A DNA stretch of 63,259 bases, the filler included, from Octopus bimaculoides (taxonomy: Eukaryota): assembly GCF_001194135.2 (NCBI RefSeq). It is 6 parts of 6 records of this genome, joined end to end, with 100 filler letters (N's around TTAATTAATTAA, not from the genome) between each part and the next. Parts side by side here need not be neighbours in the genome. Positions count along the whole stretch, not along the records: positions 41,071 to 56,967 come from NC_068985.1; positions 57,068 to 60,393 come from NC_069009.1; positions 60,494 to 63,259 come from NW_026437651.1; 3 more parts are not named here. One strand, given 5' to 3'. The translations under genes were made by a program, and so were the position numbers. Numbering within the stretch: the stretch's first letter is position 1; the number at the start of each line of letters is the position of its first letter. The notes beneath the pieces were generated by a model. That model searched no databases. It saw only the letters and a list, made by a program, of their open reading frames with translations, and had not been told where the DNA came from. This document shows, piece by piece, positions 53,190 to 63,259 of the stretch.

Positions 53190-53511
53190 ACAACAACCGA
53201 CATAGGCGTAGGAGTGGCTGTGTGTTAAGTAGCTTGCTTACCAACCACATGGTTCCGGGTTCAGTCCCACTGTGTGGCACCTTGGGCAAGTGTCTTCTAC
53301 TATAGCCTCGGGCCGACCAAAGCCTTATGAGTGGATTTGGTGTGTGTGTGTGTGTATGTTTGTGTGTCTGTGTTTGCCCCCGCCAACATCGCTTGACAAC
53401 TGATGCTGGTGTGTTTATGTCCCCGTAACTTAGTGGTTCGGCAAAAAGAGACCGATAGTCGAGCAAATCAACCCCAGGACTTATTCTTTGTGAGCCTAGT
53501 ACTTATTCTAT
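53190..53511 (+). repeat. Near-identical copy of 46478-46799 (chimeric SINE A with inversion junction)
   Basis: Shares the 5' CAACAACCGACAT, diagnostic variants, the internal deletion and the GATAG|TCGAGC junction. Confidence 0.9.
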
Positions 53512-54134
53512 CATTTAATGCCATGAAACTCCAGGTCATCCTTGACAGAAAGAAGAACCCCAACAAGATATTCTACTTTGCGAACCAGGGAGAAAAATAT
53601 TTCAAAACATGGCAAGTTCATGACCTGGACAGGGCTATGTACGAAGCTGCATGTTTTGCTAAAGATATTCACAAACTGTTGTCAAGGCTGAGTACAAATA
53701 ATACGTAGAATGAAGCACCTGCCTGCGATGCTAACATTTCCTGTTAACAAAATTGTCTGTTATCTCTATACTCATGAATGCCTTTGGAATCATTCTATAA
53801 ACATTCTGGAAATAAAAATCTCTCACTTATAAACAGATAAGGGTTCCTAACAGGAAGTGCATCCAGCTGAAAGCACCCTGCCACAAAGTTTACTTCTGGC
53901 TAAGCCATAACAGCATGAAAAACACCTTGCAGAATAACTATTGCAGTTTGTAGGGTTCTTTGTGCATTAAACATGTATTATACATGTAGTAATTAAATTA
54001 TATAACATGTACTTTATTATATTTTGTTAGGATTGTGATCTGCCAATCCATGATACAAAAGGGTTGGGATCATTGCCATAAGGCATCCTATTTCATGCTC
54101 CACCAATTCTATTGCTCTGGCCTCACTGAATATA

Positions 54135-54525
54135 TATAGTGGGTGTGTGGTAAGTAGCTTGTTTACCAACCACGTGGTTAAGGGTTCAGTCCCACTGCAT
54201 GTCACCTTAAGCACGTGTCTTCTACTATAGCCTTGGACTGACCAAAGCTTTGTGAGTGGATTTGGTAGATGGAAACAGAAAGAAGCTTGTTGTATACACA
54301 CACACACATATATATGTATATATATGTTTGTGTGTCTGTGTTTGTCCCCACCACCATCGCTTAGCAACCGATGATGGTGTGTTTACGTCCCCATTACTTA
54401 GCAGTTCAGCAAAAGAGACTGATAAAATATGTACTAGGTTTGCAAGGAATAAGTCCTGGGGTCGATGTACTCGACTAAAGGCAGTGCTCCAGCATGGCTG
54501 CAGTCAAATGACTGACAAATAAAAG
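54135..54525 (+). mobile_element. SINE family A
   Basis: Family A match. Confidence 0.85.
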
Positions 54526-54547
54526 AATATATATATATATGTATATC

Positions 54548-54772
54548 TGAAGGTGTGTGGCTTAGTGGTTAGGGCATTCAGCTCACGATCCTAATTTCGT
54601 GGGTTCAATTCCTGGCAATGTGTTGTGTCCTTGAGCAAGACACTTTATTTCACATTGCTCCAGTCCACTCAGCTGGCAAAAATGAGTTGTACCTGTAGCT
54701 CAAAGGGCCAGCCTTGTCATACTCTGTATCACACTGAATCTCCCTGAGAATTACATTATGGGTACACGTGTA
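54548..54772 (+). mobile_element. SINE family D
   Basis: A-box TGGCTTAGTGG, B-box GGTTCAATTCC. Confidence 0.85.
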
Positions 54773-55776
54773 ACAGGAATTAAAATGATAAAGAAATAAG
54801 AAATTATGCCATGGACTTCATAAGCTTACAAGTGTTTCTGCAATAGAATGCAATTCACCATAATTGGATGCTTTTGTATTACTGTATTGCTTCATCAGAG
54901 CTTCAAACATGAAGTGCAATTTTATTTGGGAAAATATGAAACTATAGGGTGATACACAAGCATTTAACTATGAGTGCATTGCACCCTGTAGCAGAAACAA
55001 CTGTAAGCTAGTGAAGTGTATGCCATAATTTCTTATTACTTTATCATTGTAATTTCTTTGATATATATATGTATGTAGATAGGTAGATAGATAGATAGAT
55101 GGAAAGAGAGATAGATAAATAGACATATATCTATATCAACATAATATTTATATATCATACATAGATATACACAGACATTCATATTTGTGTCTTTAGCAGT
55201 GGATTGGATCATATCCAGGAGATACAAAATATAAACCTACCCAACCTCGCCAATCAGATAATGTCAATTCTTACACATTATTTATTTTAACAGTTGATTA
55301 TTATTATTTCTGTAAACAGATCTGTTTTATCTGGAACACATTACTTTACCTATCTTCCTACTCAACTCTCTTTCTGTCTCACTTTGTCTCTCCATGAGAA
55401 GCACACATATACACACACCTATTCCCTAACCCTCTTGCCACCACTTTCAGCTTATACAAACATTCAGATGCTCGCCCTAGATAACAACTATATAGAATGC
55501 ATGCATAAGTACACATATGCATGCATACAAATATGCATATGTATATGCGCGTGCATACGGGCTAACATACATGTTCTTAAAATACATACAGTCAGACAGT
55601 ACTTACCAATACAAAGACATCAACAAACATTTATGGAACTGTTTATAAATATACACATAATACATGCACGCACACACACACACGCATTTGTTATTAGTGA
55701 TGGAAGCAGTATTGGTTCAAATTAGTAATTTGTATATCATACTTAAAGCATATACACTGTTGCAAGTCTTTTAAAC

Positions 55777-56252
55777 TGCAGACACTATATTCCGTTGATT
55801 AATTTGTTTATTTTATAACCAAAATGACAAAAAAGACAATATTCAGACACTTATGACATACCATGTCATATCAACAATTAAGATTTCAAGTTTAATGGAC
55901 ATGTAGCAATTGGAGAAGGGACAAAATCTTACAGCTGTTTCGGCCTAGTGTTGGCATGCCCCATTCTATCTATATAACTCCAGTACGCTGGAGTAATTAG
56001 TAGATGAAAATAATGTAATGCGGGTACTTGCATGATTCGCTAAGCCTCTTCAGAGATTTACAAAATTCAATTCATGAATTTTGTAAAATTTACATACAAA
56101 TATAAAATAACAATAAAAAATAAAAAATAAAAATATAAGGTATGTAAAAACATGTTGATATGACATGGTATGTTATAAGTGTCTGTATATTGTCTTTTTT
56201 GTCATTTTGGTTATAAAATAAACAGATTAATCAACAGAATATAGTGTCTGCA
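55777..56252. mobile_element. 476-bp element with 100-bp terminal inverted repeats
   Basis: 55777-55876 versus the reverse complement of 56153-56252: 4 mismatches per 100; 276-nt spacer. Confidence 0.9.
55924..56059 (-). ncRNA. Minimal type-I hammerhead ribozyme, intact core
   Basis: Minus strand AAAUCU-CUGAAGA-GGCUUAG-(91 nt)-CUAGGCC-GAAAC-AGCU-GUA|AGAUUU; all conserved core positions present; predicted cut between 55930 and 55929. Confidence 0.85.
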
Positions 56253-56293
56253 AGTTGATGAGTATCTCATATTCCCCTCCATTTTCTTATTGC

Positions 56294-56336
<43 letters not shown>

Positions 56337-56350
56337 ATGAATATACATAC

Positions 56351-56402
<52 letters not shown>

Positions 56403-56429
56403 ATATGAATATATATATATATTCTTTTA

Positions 56430-56780
56430 TTCTTTTTAGTCATTTTGATTGTGGCCATGCTGGAGCACCGCCTTTAGTCGAGAAAATCGACCCCAGGACT
56501 TATTCTTTGTAAGCCTAGTACTTATTCTATCAGACTCTTATGCTGAACCGCAAAGTAAAGAGGACGTAAACAGACCAGCATCGATGTCAAGCGATGTTGG
56601 GGGACACACGCACACACACACACAAACATATATATATATATACGATGGGCTTCTTTCAGTTTCCGTCTACCAAATCCACTTGCAAGGCTTTGGTCGGCCC
56701 GAGGCTATAGTAAAAGTCACTTGCCCAAGGTGCCACGCAGTGATACTGAAACTGGAACCATGTAGATGGTAAGCAAGCAA
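56430..56780 (-). mobile_element. SINE family A
   Basis: Reverse complement of family A. Confidence 0.85.
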
Positions 56781-56928
56781 CCTATATATATATAAGTTTT
56801 TTTCGTAATGAAATAAAAAACCAAGGCTGTGTAGATTCTAGAACATTTATAAATAGAACATTTATAGCACTTACTCAGCATTACCTAACACCTTTGGGTC
56901 TCACTGACACCATTACCTCTCATAACCT

Positions 56929-56967
<39 letters not shown>

Positions 56968-57067
56968 NNNNNNNNNNNNNNNNNNNNNNNNNNNNNNNNN
57001 NNNNNNNNNNNTTAATTAATTAANNNNNNNNNNNNNNNNNNNNNNNNNNNNNNNNNNNNNNNNNNNN

Positions 57068-57631
57068 CTTACACTCTGTCGAGTATACACACTGACATTA
57101 CACACACTGACATTACACATCCAGCGGAGCATACTGGCTTCGTTTCTTGCGAGCTTACGTATGTCCTCAGCAGTCACGGCCCATATTTCACTGCCATGCA
57201 GCATGGCTGTTCGTACACATGCGTCATGCAGTCTGCCTTTTACTCTGAGTGAGAGGCCCTTTGTCACCAGCAGAGGTAAGAGCTCTCTAAACTTTGCCCA
57301 GGCTATTCTTATTCTAGCAGCTACACTTTCAGCGCACCTTCCCCCGCTACAAACTTGGTCACCTAGGTATCGGAAGCTATCAACTACTACTAGTTTTTTC
57401 TCCCTGGAGTGTGGCAAAGGTTGTTTTCTGCACATTCTCAGTGTTTATAGCTCCTGAGCATCTGCCACATACAAAAACTATCTTGCTAGTTAGCCTTCCT
57501 TTGATATTGCTGCACCTCTTATGTGTCCATCGCTTACACTGGGTACATCTACCTGAAGGGGTTTATGTCTTGTCTACCTTCCTACTTGTTAACTTATTAG
57601 GACTTTGGTTTTAGCGAGGTTGACTCTAAGG
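57068..57631 (-). pseudogene. RTE-clade LINE RT C-terminal fragment
   Basis: GLRVNLAKTKVL...CTQCKRWTHKRCS...CGRC...VVDSFRYLGDQ...RIRIAWAKFREL...MLHGSEIW...NEASMLRWM; frameshifts. Confidence 0.9.
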
Positions 57632-57686
<55 letters not shown>

Positions 57687-58461
57687 TGCAGGTGAGTACA
57701 TAAGTGCAAAACAAGGTGGCAAAAATAGTACTCGAATATCAAAGATAGAGTAATATATTTTTCATTAAAGCTGCAAAATTATCACAGACCTGTTACTAGA
57801 ATTTGTGATAAATACTAAATTAAAATTGCGATTGTACTTGTAATATAATGTTATGTGATATAATTCAAAATGCACAATTAAGTATTTAAATATGATTGGG
57901 TGGCAGTTTTTTCAAAACATAATGGTGTAATTTTCATTACAAGTTGAGTGGTAGGTTGATATGAAAATTAAACAGCAAAGTGTGATGAGATCAGAAAAAA
58001 CTTTACGCTATATATCAGAATTGATATTCTATTATATATCAGAATTGGTATTTAACTTTTGTCAGAGCTGATAAAAATATCGACAGGTAATATTTATGCC
58101 CACTTGAACCTGCATGTTCAGTTAGAACACACTATACTGCAGTAGATACCATGAGAGAAACTCTCATATTAGTTTTTGGAGCAAAATGCACTTTTGTTTT
58201 ATTGCTAGCATGGAGATAAAAATGTATCTTTATTCATAAATTTCTTTTCTAAGAACTTTTTCTGTAAAACATATTTTGAAATAGAGTTATATTTTCTCTT
58301 TAATAAAGAAAGTCATACTTTCAGTAATGCTACCTTAATAAGTGAAGAAAATGATGGTGCTAAAAAATGGAAACATTAATCTAAAATAACAATCTTTATA
58401 TGATAATATAGCATTTACTTCGTTTTGGTTACTCAGGATATCCAACATATATATACAAGGT

Positions 58462-59235
58462 TCAAAGAAACCTACTGAAGCAAGCCAGCATGCTCACAGC
58501 ATTACCACAGGCAATGGTGAGGCTAAGATGTTGGAAAAGGCATGCACCCTCACAGGCATCATCTGACACCTTGCTGAGGTGAGCTGCCAATGACAAGAAC
58601 TTCACTGTTAGTGGCCCAGTCTCTCCAAACATCTCAAACACCACCGGTTGGAAGAGACAGTTCACAGCCAGGTCCTGATACCCCAGGGTTTTTGTTCCCT
58701 TTGGCTACAGAAGCAGTAACCCTCCCATTTACCACAGCATCCAGGATATGGGGGTGGGGAGAGCAAAAGAGTTACAGACTTTGGTATCTCAGATAAGGCA
58801 CCTACTTCTTCTCCAGGGACAGAGGGTGAGACCATCTGGTCTCTTCCCATCACTTCTGGATAATCCCACCAGCTGAGGGGATATTAATCCAAGCCAGAGC
58901 CCTCTTAATGATTAAGTTTAGCTCAGTCTGATGAGCAAAACGACTGGCATTTGGGTGGCAAGACAGACTGTGAAGACCTGTGCAGTTAAGAAGCTGCAAC
59001 AGTGACATCTCAGACCCTCACAGAGATCAGTTCCCACTCTGAGTGTGATGGAAATGTGGAGCTTAACAAGACTAAGTAGACCTCCAATGTTGGCCACAAG
59101 CAGGGCATCGATCCAGTCCTCTGAGAATTTTGTACTAGCAGAAAGTAGGCAACATCTTGAAAATTGATCAGATTGATCAAGGAGAGAGTTGAAAGGGGCA
59201 CCTGAATGCAGATTGTCTCTGCTTCCGTCAATCCT
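58462..59235 (-). pseudogene. CRE-clade RLE non-LTR retrotransposon 3' part
   Basis: W.DAL...GG.L.....I.ITLRVG..C...RC.C, then a decayed DGKRPDG-like segment, then FQPVVFEMFG...LFQHLSLTIACGNAVSML (CRE C-terminal consensus F.P.A.ET.G...QRLS.A..RGNA). Confidence 0.75.
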
Positions 59236-59317
59236 CAACTGTAACAGGAACTGACAAACCCAGCTCTATCCACTGTAACAGAGCTTCATACATCTCTCTG
59301 TTGGAATTAGTCCAGAT

Positions 59318-59514
59318 CAAAACCCTGAGGTATTGGGACCTGGCAATGAACTATCTCTTCCAACCTGTGGCGTTTGAGACATTTGGAGGGACTGTACCAC
59401 TAATGGTGAAGTTCTTGTCATCATTAGCAGCTCACCTCGCCAAGGTGTCAGGTGATGCCTGTGAGGGTGCTTGGCTTTTCCAATGCCTTAGCTTCACCAT
59501 CACTTGTGGTAATG
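59318..59514 (+). pseudogene. Second CRE-clade 3' fragment, inverted relative to the first
   Basis: YLFQPVAFETFGG...LFQCLSFTITCGN; roughly 80% identical by eye to the reverse complement of 58500-58692. Confidence 0.75.
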
Positions 59515-59639
59515 TAGGTCTTGTTGAACATTGTGGTGTGTGACTAATTGAAGCACTTGGTGCTGCATTGATGCTTTTTTTAATTATTTTACTTTCTCCC
59601 TTTTTTTTTGTTTTGTCATTCTTTTGTATTATATGGCAC

Positions 59640-59897
59640 CTGTACCAGTAGATCACTAAGAGCACCGTCCGAGCGTGATCGTTGCCAGAGCACCAGCTAT
59701 CTGGCTTCCGTGCCAGTGGCACGTAAAAGCACCCACTACACTCTCGGAGTGGTTGGCGTTAGGAAGGACATCCAGCTGTAGAAACTTTACCAAATCAGAT
59801 TGGAGCCTGGTGTAGCCATCTGGTTCACCAGTCCTCAGTCAAATCGTCCAACCCATGCTAGCATGGAAAGCGGACGTTAAACGATGATGATGATGAT
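59640..59897 (+). mobile_element. Family C / RTE 3' tail
   Basis: Canonical tail with (GAT)n. Confidence 0.85.
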
Positions 59898-60094
59898 GTA
59901 TCACATACATACATGTTATACATGTAATAAAATTGGCGTGTGTGTGTTTATACGTGGTGCTGCAATAAGCCTGTGAATCTGAGAGGAGAATCTGTTGAAT
60001 AAAATCATATTTAACTGACACTCCTGTATTTTCTTTTATCCAAAGCCAGGAACTTTTCGAACCCCTTCATACATACATGCTGAGACCCCCTTCA

Positions 60095-60335
60095 GTCATG
60101 ACTGACCATGAAATTTACTCTCCGAGGCACAAGTCTAGGCAGGGTTGTTTGTGGAAAACCAGCAGTCACCCATGCATACCGGCCTCCCCTCTCCACGCCA
60201 CCAGTGTTATCCAAGGGAAAGGCAAAGGGGCCGATACAGCTTGGCACCAGTGACGTCGCAACTCATTTCTACAGCTGAGAGAACTGGAGCAATGTGAAAT
60301 AAAGTGTCTTGCTCAAGAACACAACACGCAGCCTG
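60095..60335 (-). mobile_element. SINE family G
   Basis: Minus strand GTGTTCTTGAGCAAGACACTT body shared with D/F, but a distinct tail. Confidence 0.6.
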
Positions 60336-60493
60336 GTCCGATCGTAAACTTGACGCTCTAACTACTGAACCGGGCCACTGAGCCATGCGCCGTNNNNNNN
60401 NNNNNNNNNNNNNNNNNNNNNNNNNNNNNNNNNNNNNTTAATTAATTAANNNNNNNNNNNNNNNNNNNNNNNNNNNNNNNNNNNNNNNNNNNN

Positions 60494-60534
<41 letters not shown>

Positions 60535-60659
60535 GTATGTATAAAAACATATATATGTATGTATATCTGGTTAATACAACAAAACCACGAGATAATAAGC
60601 ATAATAATGACTGCTACAACAACAACAACAACAACAGCAAGAACAATGATGATAATAAT

Positions 60660-60812
60660 AGCGGTTTCAAATTTTACCACATGGACAGCCATTTTGAGGG
60701 AGGGAATGTCTCGACTACAAGTCGACCTCGGCGGAATTTGAGCTTAGAACATAGCGGCAGACAAAGTAAGGCTAAGTATTTCGGCTGGTGTGCTAACGAT
60801 TCTGCCAGCTAG
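60660..60812 (-). mobile_element. SINE family B
   Basis: AAGTCGACCTCGGCGGAATTTGA. Confidence 0.75.
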
Positions 60813-60854
60813 CCGCCTTAGTATTAGTATTAGTATTAGTAGTAGTAGTAGTAA

Positions 60855-61127
<273 letters not shown>

Positions 61128-61467
61128 NNNNNNNNNNNNNNNNNNNNNNNNNNNNNNNNNNNNNNNNNNNNNNNNNNNNNNNNNNNNNNNNNNNNNNNNN
61201 NNNNNNNNNNNNNNNNNNNNNNNNNNNNNNNNNNNNNNNNNNNNNNNNNNNNNNNNNNNNNNNNNNNNNNNNNNNNNNNNNNNNNNNNNNNNNNNNNNNN
61301 NNNNNNNNNNNNNNNNNNNNNNNNNNNNNNNNNNNNNNNNNNNNNNNNNNNNNNNNNNNNNNNNNNNNNNNNNNNNNNNNNNNNNNNNNNNNNNNNNNNN
61401 NNNNNNNNNNNNNNNNNNNNNNNNNNNNNNNNNNNNNNNNNNNNNNNNNNNNNNNNNNNNNNNNNNN

Positions 61468-61544
<77 letters not shown>

Positions 61545-61567
61545 GGTGGTGGTGGTGGTGGTGGTAT

Positions 61568-61920
61568 CAGATCATTGATGTAGCCATACCAAATGACGTG
61601 AATGTTGTGAGTAATATGGGTTGAACAAATCACCAAGTACTCCGAATTGAAAGTGGAAATGGCAAGACTGCATGGAGTGCGGGAGGGTAATCTAAATGTG
61701 ATACCATTGGTAATCGGAGCGTTGGGATCAATCCCATTGAAACTTCAAAGCTTCTTAAGACACCTGGAAATACAATGCAAGATTGATGTCTTGCAAAAAG
61801 CAGCCTTGTTAGGTACAGCGCACATCTTAAGGAAAGCATTATCTGTCTGAGATCCTTGTTGTGATTTGACAGATGACTAAAGATTCTGGGACATTTTTAC
61901 ATACACTGTGTTACGAAGGA
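61568..61920 (+). mobile_element. R4/Dong-clade 3' end (subfamily 2), RLE domain
   Basis: IIDVAIPND...TKYSELKVEMARL...VIPLVIGALGSIP...LQKAALLGTAHILRKALSV*; followed by (AAT)n. Confidence 0.9.
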
Positions 61921-62007
<87 letters not shown>

Positions 62008-62046
62008 GTAATAATAATAATGACAACAACAATGATGATAATAATA

Positions 62047-62222
62047 AGCCTGATCATCGCTGCACAAGACCACGCTCTCGCTACCAAGTCAGTGAAGTAT
62101 AACATCTATAAAACTTCTGACACCCATAAATGCAGACTCTGTGGAAAGTGTGGTAAAGTCCTTGTAAAGAAAAGTATACAAGCGCTACCACGATAAAGTG
62201 TGTGTGTAGCTACATTGGTTAC
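62047..62222 (+). pseudogene. R4/Dong-clade zinc-knuckle fragment
   Basis: LIIAAQDHALATK...CRLCGK...YKRYHDKV. Confidence 0.8.
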
Positions 62223-62231
62223 ATCCTCCTG

Positions 62232-62348
62232 AAAGTACGAAAGCAAAGCAAAGTCGTCCTCGGGGTATTTTGGACTCAGAAGAGAATGACAGACGAAATG
62301 CCGCTAGAGATTTTACCTAGCATGCTAAAGATTTTGCCAGCTCGCGAC
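62232..62348 (-). mobile_element. SINE family B (degenerate)
   Basis: GCAAAGTCGTCCTCGGGG...TTTTGCCAGCTCGC. Confidence 0.65.
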
Positions 62349-62373
62349 CTCTATAATAATAATAATAATACTA

Positions 62374-62443
<70 letters not shown>

Positions 62444-63259
62444 GAGACTACACCGGGGGATGTTTAACAAGACTACACCGGGGGATGTTTAACATGTGAG
62501 AACGATAAATCACTGCTCTGAAATTTATCCAAAGACATCGGAAATAAAGACATCGCATGGGGGCCAAAAAATAGCTGACAAAGGGTTGGACTATATCCGA
62601 GTAAGTAATACTCATTGAAATTTATTTCTATTTTTCCAAATATAATGATGTATTTTAACTTGATACCTCGACTACCCGCACAGCGATCGTAAACACACGT
62701 GTTACATCAAAATTAGACCATCTCCGCATCCAACACCATGTACAAATAAATTACAAACAGATTAAATAACACCGGTATTATTCCACCCAAGAATAACAAC
62801 CGAGAAGTGCGTACTATAAGCTTATTACGCAAAAAGTAAGAAGATCTGAATGTGCAAAACAATCTGACAACAGAAATGAACGAACCGGTACCCTACGAAA
62901 ACGATGACCGTCAAAATAAAGGGCCGGACGTTGTTCCTCATGTCCCGCAAACAAAACCAAAACGGCATAAATGGACACGTGAGGAATANNNNNNNNNNNN
63001 NNNNNNNNNNNNNNNNNNNNNNNNCGCCTATTTCACTGCAGTGCTCTACCCAAAAAACGAAAACGCAACAACACATACATATAAAATATGGAAGAAAAAT
63101 AATGTAAATAAAGACCTCGATAAAACAATGAACCCTAACAAACTAGCTAACATAAGAAGATATATTCTAAAAGCAAAAAATTATCAGAAATAGTAATAGA
63201 ACAATTGAGAGGAAAAATGCATCAGGAAAATCTAGATAGTAGTCACACAGCAATGCCAA
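62444..63259 (+). mobile_element. R4/Dong-clade 5' end (UTR plus ORF start), runs off window
   Basis: Starts right after (TAA)n. ATG 62876 gives MNEPVP...RHKWTREE...NPNKLANIRRYILKAK; a 1-nt frameshift near 63180 continues as KLSEIVIEQLR. Homology to 37467-37555 links it to the Dong-type 3' end. Confidence 0.75.

Noticed and set aside
54548-54625. tRNA-like sequences with A and B boxes (also 3630, 7381, 34365, 52187)
   Set aside because: They run directly into SINE bodies and lack a closed acceptor stem and terminator; SINE heads, not tRNA genes.
57983-58072. Possible C/D box snoRNA (GUGAUGA...CUGA), and the idea of a snoRNA host gene
   Set aside because: No terminal stem, no recognisable C'/D' boxes or rRNA guide, and no comparable boxes upstream of the other candidate exons.
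58924-58950. CUGAUGAG-CAAAAC motif
   Set aside because: No stem II, no GAAA core, no NUH site; it is the antisense of CRE coding sequence.

Overview
AT-rich, gap-ridden eukaryotic draft-genome window with no prokaryotic features. The microsatellite load and the SINE/LINE families suggest an octopod cephalopod (inference). Most of it is microsatellites, N gaps and interspersed repeats. These include several tRNA-headed SINE families (my labels A-G), two internally deleted mariner elements, a decayed L1/Tx1 LINE, RTE and CR1 fragments, and a rearranged Penelope-like element. There are also two CRE-clade and five R4/Dong-clade RLE-retrotransposon fragments (the latter in (TAA)n arrays) and a probable solo LTR nested in a SINE. 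The most notable signal is two hand-foldable minimal type-I hammerhead ribozymes on the minus strand (6139-6237, 55924-56059), both with palindromic loop III and enlarged loop II. The second sits in the spacer of a 100-bp, 96%-identical inverted repeat. A 363-bp near-perfect palindrome inserted with a 13-bp direct repeat is also present. Host genes are visible only as unverified exon candidates: a minus-strand single-pass membrane/secreted protein at 7.9-19.2 kb, and scattered plus-strand exons downstream of a YY1-motif region at 19.3 kb. No database searches were possible, so family assignments rest on motif recognition and repeat coordinates are approximate (+/-10-20 bp) unless junction bases are quoted.
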